Source: an uncultured delta proteobacterium
GTDB lineage: Bacteria; Desulfobacterota; RBG-13-43-22
Direction of reading: 5' to 3'
Length of the DNA stretch: 64,000 nucleotides
Assembly (NCBI GenBank): GCA_963790475.1
Contig: CAWBOS010000012.1
Span: 1,216,001 to 1,280,000 of the forward strand
In this document: positions 47,331-57,399 of the stretch, one piece after another
How the letters are laid out: each line of letters starts with the position of its first letter
How positions within the stretch are numbered: the stretch's first letter is position 1
Notes under the pieces: generated by a model
Database searches by the model: none
What the model was told of the DNA's origin: nothing
The model's input: only the letters and a program-made list of their open reading frames with translations
Translations under genes and position numbers: made by a program

Positions 47331-48452
47331 CTAAATTAAGCCCTTTTTTTTAAGTTCTTCAAAGAGGATCCGGCCTTTATCGAGGCCTCTAAAAATTGCA
47401 GCCGAGGTGATAGTCGCTGAGGTAACAGCGTCAACCCGGGAGTTGAAAGAGAAAGGGTTATAAATATATCTACCGATAATTCTTCGGCGAATCTTGGCTA
47501 CATCGGCCTCATCCCAATTCAGATTTCCATATTTAGTCAATTGAAGCGGGACAAATTGAAGGATCTTTCCTTTGGTATCGAAGGTGTATATAAAATGGGT
47601 ATTATGGCAAACATCACAGGTTGGGAGTTGGCTGACCACTTCGGCAAAAAGGCGACTCCTTTGCCCGTCTTTTTCAATTATTCCGGTATAGATGACTCGT
47701 CCTTGCTTAAGGAGAATCCTTTCCAAGCCGGTTAACTCTCCTCCTGTCTGGGTAAAAGCCTCTTTGATCCTGGTTTGAAGCTCTTCTTCACTGTAAATGG
47801 GTTTGACCGTCAAAACTTTACCTTTGATTTCTTCTCCTTTTTTTCGAATAGTTTTCAGATCGACATTTATCAGCGTGGTCATTTGCTGTAAAATCTCTTC
47901 ATAATGTTGGGTGAAACCCAAGTGGGTACCGGCCACTAAGACGACTTTTCCTTTCTCTTCCCGTCTGACGATAATTGAGAAGGGGGTTGGGCTTCCTCCA
48001 ATAGCCTCGTGCATGACATATTTAGGATCAGGAATTATTGGATAAGGCACCTGGAAATGATCCCGAAAAATTTTGACCTCTTGATCATTATTCCCCGCAG
48101 CAATCCCAACCATCTTAATTTTTTTCCTGATGTCGGGGTTTGATTGAATTCGGGCAAACAGGTCATTGTATACTGGAGCCAAGTTCTGGCAGCTGGCACA
48201 ATAAACATTCATAATTTCAACTAAGATAACTTTGGCCTTTATGTCTTTAATGGTAAAATTTTCTTTATCTGAAATCTGTAGATATCTCCTGTCGTTAGCA
48301 TCGCCAGGGGTTTTCAGGACAACATCCGGGAATAAATCGCCTTCTTTTGTTAAAGGGTTTCTTTGAGCCCGGATTTCGGTTACCAACCCGAAAACCCCCA
48401 TAGCTATTCCCAATCCTACCAAGATCGGAATAAAGGCGGATCTTTTTAGCAT
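47331..48452 (-). CDS. Exported TlpA/thioredoxin-like protein with CxxCH and C-terminal flavinylation motif
   Basis: Signal/TM; YCASC; TPF; CDVCH; VDAVTSAT. Confidence 0.75.
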   Translation of the reverse strand: MLKRSAFIPILVGLGIAMGVFGLVTEIRAQRNPLTKEGDLFPDVVLKTPGDANDRRYLQISDKENFTIKDIKAKVILVEIMNVYCASCQNLAPVYNDLFARIQSNPDIRKKIKMVGIAAGNNDQEVKIFRDHFQVPYPIIPDPKYVMHEAIGGSPTPFSIIVRREEKGKVVLVAGTHLGFTQHYEEILQQMTTLINVDLKTIRKKGEEIKGKVLTVKPIYSEEELQTRIKEAFTQTGGELTGLERILLKQGRVIYTGIIEKDGQRSRLFAEVVSQLPTCDVCHNTHFIYTFDTKGKILQFVPLQLTKYGNLNWDEADVAKIRRRIIGRYIYNPFSFNSRVDAVTSATITSAAIFRGLDKGRILFEELKKKGLI

Positions 48453-48459
48453 GATCGTT

Positions 48460-49503
48460 TTATCCTTCCGCCGTCCTGACAGTTTTCGGCCACTGCAACG
48501 AATGGACTTTATTGCTTTCACGGGTTATGAGCATGGAGGCAAGACGCTCATCCCGGTTGATGAAAGCCCTGCCTTCCTCCGGACTCAATATCATAAGCGA
48601 GGTGGCCAAGGCGTCCGCTTCTTCGGCTGAGGGGGCCATAACTGTAGCACTAACGGACCAGGGCGGTGATACCCCGCTTTGAGGAGAAAGGATGTGGTGG
48701 TGAATCTTTTCCTGGTCAAAATAAACCATATAGCTTCCGGATGTAGCCACCGCGCCTTCTACTAAGGAAATTATTTCCTGAGATTTCACTCCATCAGTGG
48801 GGTCATAAACAGCAATTCGCCAAGGCAGCCCCCCAGAACGCCCCCCGATCACCCTCAGGTCGCCACCCGCATCTACCAGGGCGTGTCGAATCCCCTTTTT
48901 TTGGAGAAAGGTAACAGTCTTATCCACAATAGTTCCTTTGGCTATTCCATCAAGGGTAATCCCCATCCCTTCCTGACAAAAGGTAATTTTTTTGGGACCA
49001 ACCTCCACTCTTGAGGCACCTACGCGTCCCAAGGCAGCCCGGATGGATGCGGTTGTGGGAAGACCCCCCGATTCCTTTTCAGATTCAGCCTCATAAAGGT
49101 CCAAAACGGGCTTGATAGTAATGTCAAAGGCCCCGCGGGTCCGTAAGTGGATCATCATCGAACGCCGAAGTTCTTTAATCAACTCTGGGGGAGGATCATT
49201 GATGAAGCCTCGTTCGTTTAGGTAACTTACTGGCGAACTATCTACATGGCGATTGAATATTTGAATCAGATTTTCCATCCGATCAAAGGCCTCGCCGAGA
49301 ACAGCCTGGGCCTGTTCACGAGAAGGATGAAAAAGGGTAATGGTAACAAAGGTACCCATAAGATTTCTTGTTTCGGAGACGTGAACCAGGGTTGAAGAAA
49401 AACGAGTATATTCCAGAGGCTTTGCCCAGCCCTTGACCGCCCAGCCGGCAGATAGGATACCCAGGCTTTGAAGGAAGGCTCGTCTATCTATAAAGGATAT
49501 CAT
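48460..49503 (-). CDS. apbE: FAD:protein FMN transferase with Tat signal
   Basis: DRRAFL; LMGT; GAFDIT; LDGIAKG; DAGGD; ATSGSY; HHIL; ADALAT. Confidence 0.92.
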   Translation of the reverse strand: MISFIDRRAFLQSLGILSAGWAVKGWAKPLEYTRFSSTLVHVSETRNLMGTFVTITLFHPSREQAQAVLGEAFDRMENLIQIFNRHVDSSPVSYLNERGFINDPPPELIKELRRSMMIHLRTRGAFDITIKPVLDLYEAESEKESGGLPTTASIRAALGRVGASRVEVGPKKITFCQEGMGITLDGIAKGTIVDKTVTFLQKKGIRHALVDAGGDLRVIGGRSGGLPWRIAVYDPTDGVKSQEIISLVEGAVATSGSYMVYFDQEKIHHHILSPQSGVSPPWSVSATVMAPSAEEADALATSLMILSPEEGRAFINRDERLASMLITRESNKVHSLQWPKTVRTAEG

Positions 49504-49686
49504 ATTTGATCTCCCCGAGGAGGGTGAAATGGTATGCCAATAAGATTAAAATAGTGATGGGGTGCTACTTGGAATTGGATAAAATCTTTGAATAGATCAA
49601 CAACAGGGTTATAAGAAATAAGAGGCGACTGAAGAATCAGCCGCCTCTTATAATCTAAATGGTTAGGGATCGGCGTATTCCTTTTC

Positions 49687-50103
49687 TTAGGCACCGCCGG
49701 GACCGGGAACACCCATCTTCAATTCATTCATCATTTGTTTTTCGGCTGCTTCACTCCAAACGACTTTTCCACCGATCTTCAACGTGTTTACCTTCATGGA
49801 TTTGTACTTTGGATTTACATCCCCAGTTGCTTCCACGACCTCCAGGGCATGCCTTGCTTTGAGGCCTAAGCTGATATTCGTCAGGAAATAATAATCGCCA
49901 CTCGCCGTTACCACCACGAAATCTTTTTCCAGATTGATCATGGGATCGGCTTTATCGATCGGGCAAATATACCCCTGAATCAGGCAAGTAAGACCAGTAA
50001 CCTTGCCCGTGATGGTCATCATTTCAGCATTGGCCAAAACAGGCAGTAACAACAACGCCAAAACGCCCAGGATAAAACAATACTTTCTGGCTTTATTCAT
50101 CAT
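49687..50103 (-). CDS. Secreted hypothetical protein with Cx6C
   Basis: GGAGG RBS; signal peptide ending ANA; GLTCLIQGYICP. Confidence 0.75.
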   Translation of the reverse strand: MMNKARKYCFILGVLALLLLPVLANAEMMTITGKVTGLTCLIQGYICPIDKADPMINLEKDFVVVTASGDYYFLTNISLGLKARHALEVVEATGDVNPKYKSMKVNTLKIGGKVVWSEAAEKQMMNELKMGVPGPGGA

Positions 50104-50256
50104 TTTTCACCTCCCTTCTCTTAAGTAACTCCGCTCCACAAAATGCGGGCGATAAAAGTATTTAGATCCTTTCCTTGAGATACATCTCTGATTTAACCTG
50201 TTTTTTTGTAAAAAGCAAGAATTTTTTAACATTTTAATTATGTTATTTAAAAGTAC

Positions 50257-50272
50257 CGCAAGAAGGATGCCA
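50257..50272 (-). promoter_or_regulatory. Sigma-54 promoter
   Basis: TGGCATCCTTCTTGCG (GG-N10-GC), directly downstream of the enhancer-binding protein gene. Confidence 0.75.
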
Positions 50273-50460
50273 GAAGCCTATTTAAGGAGGATATAACTTA
50301 AATAATAAATGATTAAAGTTGGTTACATTAAAACGGAAAAAATCGAATATCCCGGGAAAGGGATATTTTTTTCTCGTTTCGCAAGACATTAGGTCCTTGA
50401 AAAAGATGACGTCTTGTCGGGTAATACTAAAAGTCGGAGAAAAGCAATTTCCAATGGTTC

Positions 50461-51861
50461 TTAAGTTAAAGAGAACTTTTTTAAAAGGGCATATAACCGG
50501 GGGCGTGAAAGGCCGGATATCCGGCAGGCTTCTTTGATATTGTGATCGGTATTTTCCATTAAATCTTTGAGATATTGTTTCTCCGCCTCGGCAACAGCGG
50601 TTTCTCTGAAATCTTTAAGGGTCCCCAGAGATAAAGCCTTTGATGGGATTTCTTTACTGGTCATTAGTGGTTCTGAACTCCGGCTCATTTCCGATTTTTT
50701 CAGCCGAATACGTATTTCAGCGGGGAGATGTTTGGGGAACAGAGTTGGTTCGTTAAAGGCAGCGGAAATGGATCTTTCTGTGGTGTTAATCAGTTCTCTG
50801 ACGTTCCCGGGCCAGGGATAGGCCATAAATGCTTCCTGATATTCCTTGGAGCATCCTTTTATTCCAATACCGTACCGTTCACATAGTATGGTCAGGTAGT
50901 AACTCAATAAATCCTTGATATCTTCGGTACGCTCCCTCAAAGGGGGTAAATCGATAGTTAGTGTGCAGATACGAAACAATAGATCCTCGCGAAATTGACC
51001 GCTTTCCACCATCCGATTAAGGTTCTTATTGGTGGCTGAAATCAGCCGGAAGTCACTTTTAACCTCCCGTTCACCACCTAGCGGACGAAAACGATGTTCC
51101 TGCAAGACCCTCAGGAAGTTTTTCTGGAGAGGAACAGGAAGCTCTCCCACCTCGTCCAGAAAAAGTGTCCCCCCATCGGCCTGTTTGATAAGACCCTCTC
51201 TCGGTTTATCTGCTCCGGTAAAGGCCCCTTTTTCGTGACCGAACAAGACGCTCTCGACCAAGGTCTGGGGCAGGGAAGCGCAGTCTACCACGACAAAACT
51301 TTTATCGGATCGACGGCTGTTATTATGGATAGCCAAGGCGAAAAGCTCTTTCCCGGTGCCGGTTTCACCGCCAATGAGGACATTGGCTTCGTTTTGGGCC
51401 GCCTGAGCGATAAGATTTTGGCTGGCTCGCATCTGTGGACTGTTTCCGATCATTCCTTCCAGCTTTAAGTTTACCAGAGGTTGCTTGTATTTTTTCTCAG
51501 CCCTATACTCAAGAGCACGAAGCAGGGGAAGCTGCATTTCCTTTAATGAAGAAGCTTTTTGTATGAAATCCCAGGCCCCGTTTTTAATCGCCAGTTCAGC
51601 TCCGTTCAAATCCCCAAATCCGGTGATGATAATTATTTCCGGAGAGGAGGCCACTTCCCGAATCTTAGGTAGGATCTCCAGGCCGTTTCCATCAGGGAGC
51701 TTTATGTCCAGGAAAACCACATCAAATGACCCGGATGAGGTCGATTCCAAACCGTCTTTAAGGTTAAACATCCTGGTGGCTTCATAACCGAGCCGCTCCA
51801 CCATGTTGGAAAGCATCTCGGAGAAAATCTCGTCGTCGTCTATGATAAGAATTTGGACCAT
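50461..51861 (-). CDS. Sigma-54-dependent response regulator (NtrC family)
   Basis: Receiver (IIDDD, FLDIKLPD), GETGTGKE, GAFTGA, LFLDEV, WPGNVREL, Fis-type HTH. Confidence 0.95.
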   Translation of the reverse strand: MVQILIIDDDEIFSEMLSNMVERLGYEATRMFNLKDGLESTSSGSFDVVFLDIKLPDGNGLEILPKIREVASSPEIIIITGFGDLNGAELAIKNGAWDFIQKASSLKEMQLPLLRALEYRAEKKYKQPLVNLKLEGMIGNSPQMRASQNLIAQAAQNEANVLIGGETGTGKELFALAIHNNSRRSDKSFVVVDCASLPQTLVESVLFGHEKGAFTGADKPREGLIKQADGGTLFLDEVGELPVPLQKNFLRVLQEHRFRPLGGEREVKSDFRLISATNKNLNRMVESGQFREDLLFRICTLTIDLPPLRERTEDIKDLLSYYLTILCERYGIGIKGCSKEYQEAFMAYPWPGNVRELINTTERSISAAFNEPTLFPKHLPAEIRIRLKKSEMSRSSEPLMTSKEIPSKALSLGTLKDFRETAVAEAEKQYLKDLMENTDHNIKEACRISGLSRPRLYALLKKFSLT

Positions 51862-52160
51862 TACCGGCTCTCTCTTTGGTTTCGGTCTTTGGCTTGATCC
51901 AGTACCCGGCGGATCAGTTCGGCAAAATTTTCTTTTTCCATGGGTTTGGGATAAAACCCTAACGCTCCGGCCCTTTAATTTTTTTCATGGGGACCCGGCT
52001 CGTCTAAATCGGAACACAGGATGATGGGAATATTAGGCCTTATCAGGAGCATTTTTTTGTCCAGCTCAAGTCTCTCATAATTAGCATAGTATAGTCTATA
52101 GTCGGAGACAACAAAATTAAAATTTATTGGGTTTATTTCGAAACTTGTCCAATGCTTCAG
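51861..52160 (-). pseudogene. Decayed receiver domain, probably the tail of a hybrid sensor kinase
   Basis: LELDKKMLLIRPNIPIILCS [frameshift] KIKGAGALGFYPKPM...ELIRRVLD; TAATG coupling to the regulator. Confidence 0.6.
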
Positions 52161-52371
52161 GATTGCTAAACATAATTGGGATTCAAGGGGGCGCAGGCAG
52201 CAGGGATTATGAGTAAGGAAATTGAGCCAATGGGCTGAAGGGCAAAAAGGGAAAGGATTTTACTTCTCTTCGATTTTTGTTATAATGGAAGAAAATCATG
52301 AAAATCAGTTTTCGAGAAATAGGCCTGAAACAGATAACAGATAATCCTTCCAGGCTGACCAAATAGAATTT

Positions 52372-53034
52372 ATGGACTTCTTCAATTTTCTATCAGATTC
52401 GACGATGGTCTCCTTCTCCGTGAGATCGTTTGTCTCCCTGTTTGTGATCGTGAACCCGATTGGAAATGTCCCCATCTTTGTTACACTCCTTGAGAAATTC
52501 GATGAGAACGAAAGAAGATCCATTGTAAAAAAAGCGGTCCTCGTGGCCTGTGCGGCCCTGGTCATTGTCACCCTTACCGGAAATATTTTTTTCAGACTCC
52601 TGGGGATAGAACTCTATTCCTTTAGGATTGCCGGAGGTGTCCTTCTTACAATTGTCTCCATCGAAATGCTTTACGGGAGAAAGTCCGGGACACAATCATC
52701 GGCGGATGAAGAGGAGCATTATGCTCAGAAAGAGGAGATCATTATTCTACCCCTGGCCATTCCCTTATTGACGGGTCCCGGCGCCCTGACCACGGGGATC
52801 GTCCTTTTCGATACGGCAGGTAATCTGTTTAACCGTGTGATCCTCCTCCTCCTCATCGGCATCGTCTTTTTTATCTCTTACCTGATATTGAGCAGGTCGG
52901 GGGTTGTCTTCAAGTATCTGGGGAAAACGGGGACAACGGTTTCCATCAGGATCATGGGTCTTATGCTGCTTTCCGTAGCCGTTCAGTTTATAATCGGGGG
53001 CATTAAAGAAGCGTTTCCTCGCTTTGCCGGATAG
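52372..53034 (+). CDS. MarC-family membrane protein
   Basis: LFVIVNPIGNVPIF, FRIAGG, PLAIPLLTGPG, RIMGL. Confidence 0.92.
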   Translation: MDFFNFLSDSTMVSFSVRSFVSLFVIVNPIGNVPIFVTLLEKFDENERRSIVKKAVLVACAALVIVTLTGNIFFRLLGIELYSFRIAGGVLLTIVSIEMLYGRKSGTQSSADEEEHYAQKEEIIILPLAIPLLTGPGALTTGIVLFDTAGNLFNRVILLLLIGIVFFISYLILSRSGVVFKYLGKTGTTVSIRIMGLMLLSVAVQFIIGGIKEAFPRFAG

Positions 53035-53114
53035 AGGTTGTCCGGAATCCTTCTATTTCCCTTTTTCCCATCCTGATTCCCAATTCTCAGAAGGGTAGCT
53101 TAGGCCACCTTTCA

Positions 53115-54719
53115 TCACAGCCACCGATCCCCTCCGTCCACACTGTCTACCCGGAAATGGCAGCCCCGACTCTGGCGGTTGTGACGGGCGGCCTGGGCGA
53201 TGATCAGGGCCACCTCGACGGCATTTCGCAAACCGATCAGGCCGTCGCTCAGCTTGGTCTTTCGGTAGAAAGTCTCGATCTCGTTCTGCACGTGACGCAG
53301 TTCGCGGATGGCACGAGAGAGCCGGTCCCCGGAACGTACAAGGCCCACATAGTGCCACATGATGTTTTGGATGGTCTGCATATCCCCTTGAATGAGGGCC
53401 GGATCAGGTTCTTGGGTCAGCCCGGATTCGTCCCAGGGGGGTATGTCCTCAGGGGTGGGTACCGCAGATTTCGGGTGGGCAATCAAACGGGAAGCGATAT
53501 CACGGGCCGCCCGTGTTCCCCAGACCAGTCCCTCTAAAAGAGAAGTGGATGCCAGCCGGTTGGCCCCGTGCAATCCGGTGCAGGAAACTTCGCCAACGGC
53601 ATATAGATAGTCGATGCCAGTGCGGCCCCACTCGTCCACCGCTACCCCGCCGCAAAAATAGTGGGCCGCCGGGACTACAGGGATCGGTTCCAGGGCGATG
53701 TCCAAGCCGACCCGTTGGCATTCGTAATAAATATTAGGAAATCGGGCCTTGATTATCTCGGCCGGCATGTGCGAGGCAATGTCCAGGAGGACGTAGGAAT
53801 AACCGTGGGTTTCCATTTCGGTATGGATAGCCCGGGCCACTACGTCCCGCGGGGCCAGATCTTTCCAGTCAGGAGCATATTTCTCCATGAACGGCCTCCC
53901 GTCAGGGCCGAGCAGGACCCCTCCTTCACCGCGAACAGCTTCACTGATCAGAAAACCCTCCGCCCCTGGAACGGCCAGCGCAGTCGGATGAAATTGGATA
54001 TATTCGCTGTTAAGGATACGCGCTCCGGCACGATTGGCCATGGCCAAACCATCGCCCCTGGCCCCGGAGGGATTGGTAGTGTTACGAAAAATGCGACCGA
54101 TGCCGCCGGTGGCCAGAATGGTGAAAGCGGCCAGGGTACGGTGCACGGCTTTTCCCTTACGGTCGAAGACATAAGCACCGTGACAGGTGACCGGTTCGTA
54201 GGCCGCCAGCGGGTCCCGGGAGTGATGTGGATAGGTGATCAGATCCACCGCGGTGGCCTCGGTAATCAATTCTATATTGCGTTGTTGCTCGACGGTCTGC
54301 ATCAGTGCGGAAATGATCGCCTGACCGGTCCCATCGCCGACGTGTAAAATCCGTCGACGGGAATGGGCCCCCTCTTGTCCCCAATCCGGTTCCCCATTAC
54401 CTTGCTGATCAAAAGGAACTTTGGCTTTCTCAACCAGGATTTCTTTTAACAGGGTCGGGCCTTCTTCGGCCAGGATGTGGGCAGCTCGCGGCAGGGAGGC
54501 CCCTGCCCCGGCAGCCAGGATGTCTTCAATCAGCAACTTCGGTGAGTCTCCCGGTCCGCGGCCGATTATCCCCCCTTGGGCGTAACGCGAATTGGATTCG
54601 CAAGGATCAGGTGCACGGTTAATCAGAATGATATGTCGCTCCGGATCCCGGGCCAGGTTCAGGGCGGCCGTTGCTCCGGCTATGCCGGAGCCGATGATCA
54701 GTACATCTGTTGTTTTCAT
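53115..54719 (-). CDS. nadB: L-aspartate oxidase
   Basis: IIGSGIAG, SRYAQGG, EGAHSRRRILH, QFHPT, LISEAVRGEG, HGANRLASTSLLE. Confidence 0.95.
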   Translation of the reverse strand: MKTTDVLIIGSGIAGATAALNLARDPERHIILINRAPDPCESNSRYAQGGIIGRGPGDSPKLLIEDILAAGAGASLPRAAHILAEEGPTLLKEILVEKAKVPFDQQGNGEPDWGQEGAHSRRRILHVGDGTGQAIISALMQTVEQQRNIELITEATAVDLITYPHHSRDPLAAYEPVTCHGAYVFDRKGKAVHRTLAAFTILATGGIGRIFRNTTNPSGARGDGLAMANRAGARILNSEYIQFHPTALAVPGAEGFLISEAVRGEGGVLLGPDGRPFMEKYAPDWKDLAPRDVVARAIHTEMETHGYSYVLLDIASHMPAEIIKARFPNIYYECQRVGLDIALEPIPVVPAAHYFCGGVAVDEWGRTGIDYLYAVGEVSCTGLHGANRLASTSLLEGLVWGTRAARDIASRLIAHPKSAVPTPEDIPPWDESGLTQEPDPALIQGDMQTIQNIMWHYVGLVRSGDRLSRAIRELRHVQNEIETFYRKTKLSDGLIGLRNAVEVALIIAQAARHNRQSRGCHFRVDSVDGGDRWL

Positions 54720-54762
54720 AAATATCCTTAACCGATATTTCGGAAAGTGTCGGTCATAACTT

Positions 54763-55608
54763 CTAGGTAAAATAGTCAAAAGAGGTGTCGAACACCTTGG
54801 CCGAATGGGTCAGTTCTCCTGAGGAGATAAAATCCACCCCGGTCTCGGCAATCCGGCGGACGGTTGAAAGCGTTACATTGCCGCTGGCTTCCAGTTTGGC
54901 CCGGCCGTCCGTCAGGCGGGCGGCATCGGCCATCATTTCGAGAGTCATGTTATCGAGAAGGATACGCGCAACCCCGATGGCCAGGGCCTCGCGGACATCA
55001 TTCAAAGTGCGCGTCTCTACCTCGACCTCCAGGCCGGTGTGGGCCGACCGGGCCCGCTTCACCGCCTCGGTGATGGACCCGGCATAATCTATATGGTTAT
55101 CTTTGATGAGGATCATATCGTACAAACCGATGCGATGGTTTTCTCCCCCACCCCGTTTGACAGCCAGCTTGTCGGCCGCGCGCAAACCGGGTGCAGTCTT
55201 TCGTGTGTCAAGAATGACCGCCTTCGTTCCTGCCACCGCCTCCACGAATTGACGTGTCAGCGTGGCGATTCCCGACATTCGCCCCAGGAAGTTGAGGGCG
55301 GTTCGTTCGGCGGTCAGCAGACTGCGGGTCCGGCCGGAGACCAGCGCCAGCACCTGCCGGTCGGTCACCCGGGCGCCTTCGTCCAATTGCGGAAGGAAGT
55401 CCACCTCAGGGTCTATCCTCTGGTAAACCCCCTGGGCTACGTCCAATCCGGCTATGATACCGTCTTGCTTGGCGATAATCCGGCCTCGCATCATGGCCTC
55501 GGCGGGAACAATACTGTCGGTGGTGACGTCGCCGGATCCAATGTCTTCGCTCAAGGCACGACGGATTGCCTCAAGAATATCGGGGTGTAGAGATTTTTGA
55601 AGTGTCAT
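54763..55608 (-). CDS. nadC: Nicotinate-nucleotide pyrophosphorylase
   Basis: EDIGSGDVT, ERTALN, DTRKTAPG, HRIGLYD, IKDNH, EASG. Confidence 0.95.
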   Translation of the reverse strand: MTLQKSLHPDILEAIRRALSEDIGSGDVTTDSIVPAEAMMRGRIIAKQDGIIAGLDVAQGVYQRIDPEVDFLPQLDEGARVTDRQVLALVSGRTRSLLTAERTALNFLGRMSGIATLTRQFVEAVAGTKAVILDTRKTAPGLRAADKLAVKRGGGENHRIGLYDMILIKDNHIDYAGSITEAVKRARSAHTGLEVEVETRTLNDVREALAIGVARILLDNMTLEMMADAARLTDGRAKLEASGNVTLSTVRRIAETGVDFISSGELTHSAKVFDTSFDYFT

Positions 55609-55906
55609 TTTTTAAGATGCGGCAGGAAGATTTTTAATAGGTTGAAGGCGCTTTTCCCTTTCATTGGTTCCGGGTTCGGAGTCGTCATGGCATTTACTGA
55701 AAAACCCTACTCTCGATCCCAACACGAATAGAAAAATAGCATCGATACCCCTAAAAGTAAAGGCCATACTTCAAACAGGATCTATTTTTCCAGCCAGGCT
55801 AAGATAATTCTCAGATAACGGCGTCCGGTTCTTCGGCTGTCGAGGTTTTACAAGCCCGGCGATGTTGGGCACTTTGATGACAGGAATAGAATCCCTCCTT
55901 TATCAT

Positions 55907-56426
55907 CTATCTTTCAAAGAAAAACCGATAATTTCGAAAACATTGGCCTTCGGTGTGCATCATACATCCGGTCACCTTGGGCTCCACTTCATATTTAATC
56001 CCCCGCGTATCGAACCAGGTTTCGATCCGCAGCATAATTCCGCATTCATAGCGGTCTGCTACGCCCAATCCTTTCATTCCCTCATACGCAAAGCAGGATT
56101 GCCACGCTGCATGGATCAGGTTCTCTTCCTGAAAGGAAAAGCTATATTTCATGAATTTTCCGGAAACCATTTCCATCACTGTTTTAAAAAAGCCTACTAA
56201 TTCATCAAAGGTATTGATGGGTCCTCCACCCAGGGCCTTAATTAAGATAACGTTTGATCTCGATGGCTGCCATGGATTTTACAGCCGCCTTATTGATCTT
56301 GTTGGTCTGCTCTATGCCGCATTCCTCCAGGCAGTGGTAAAACCACATAGCATCGTGGGTCATCCAGCCCTTATTCAACAGTTCTTTCAGTTCATTTTTT
56401 TCAAGCGAAATTGTTTCAGATGTCAT
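55907..56426 (-). pseudogene. DUF6125-like protein split by a frameshift near 56245
   Basis: WMTHDAMWF N-half and CFAYEG...YECG...C C-half; the second frame is open back to the junction (IKALGGG...). Confidence 0.7.
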
Positions 56427-56546
56427 TTTGAATACCTCCTTTAATAAGAAAGGGACCGTTCGTCGTGAAGCGTTCGGTGTCCGATGAGATCAAATTTAAT
56501 CTTTAAAGGGTCACCCTTTGGCCATCAGTCTTCAGCTTCAACCTGA

Positions 56547-57029
56547 TCACTCCCAAAGGCCGTTGGTCATTTCTCCCACTTGGACGGGCTCAAAGGCATC
56601 AAAGGAAATATCCCTCACCTTGGAAAATCTTTCCCAAAGAAGGGAATAGCCTTTTGTACCTTTGGCCAAGGCGATCTTTTCTTCCCAGGCGGCCATTTCA
56701 TCTGCTGTTGCCTCCCTCAACTCGCCAGCCATACCCACCAGCCTTACGGCAGGCGGGCTTATGAATTTCCCCTCAATTAGGGACTGCCCCCAATAAACCT
56801 TATCGGCGTTCACCGCCAGGATACAGACCCGAGGGTTTCGCTTCAGATTGCGGGGCATCCTTATAGGATTCTCTTCAAAATAAAAACCTGTTCGGTCCTG
56901 ACGGAGGATAAGCGCTCCGATAGGGGTCACATGCGGTGAACCCTCTTCATTAACGGTGGCCACCGCGAAATGAAAACAGCTTTGGTAGGCTTCTTCGAAA
57001 ACACCTAATCGTTTCCCAGTGATTACCAA
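56547..57029 (-). CDS. Pyridoxamine 5'-phosphate oxidase family protein
   Basis: ATVNEEGSPHVTPIG...NLKRNPRVC. Confidence 0.85.
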   Translation of the reverse strand: MVITGKRLGVFEEAYQSCFHFAVATVNEEGSPHVTPIGALILRQDRTGFYFEENPIRMPRNLKRNPRVCILAVNADKVYWGQSLIEGKFISPPAVRLVGMAGELREATADEMAAWEEKIALAKGTKGYSLLWERFSKVRDISFDAFEPVQVGEMTNGLWE

Positions 57030-57399
57030 TTTCCAATGGACACCTCCTGGCTGAGTATTATTAAAACGAATATATATATTATATCATTTGTCAGGAGGCA
57101 AACCAAATGATCTATAAAACCATAGGAAAAAAGATTCAAAAAGCGAGGGAGGACGCCGGTCTCCTCTTGACTGGGATATACCCAGGCCCCAGTTTAATGG
57201 CCAGTGAAAACCCAAAAGAATTGAGAGACGAGATACAAATGGAATTGCAATCATTGATAGACAGGCTGGTTCCTTTGCCATAACTTTAATGATTCCCTTT
57301 GTCTTACCGCCCTTCGGGTCCACCGGCAAACCCCTTGGGGGAGATCCAATTCTGATTAGGGCCTTGAAGATATCCATCCCCTTTCAGGGTGAATTCGGA

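Noticed and set aside
47331-48452. Selenocysteine in the thioredoxin-like motif
   Set aside because: Both positions are Cys codons and there is no in-frame TGA.
53115-55700. nadB-nadC without nadA
   Set aside because: Split nad genes are common; nadA may lie elsewhere in the genome.
57084-57377. 97-aa minus-strand ORF
   Set aside because: No recognisable motif; could be spurious or a remnant.
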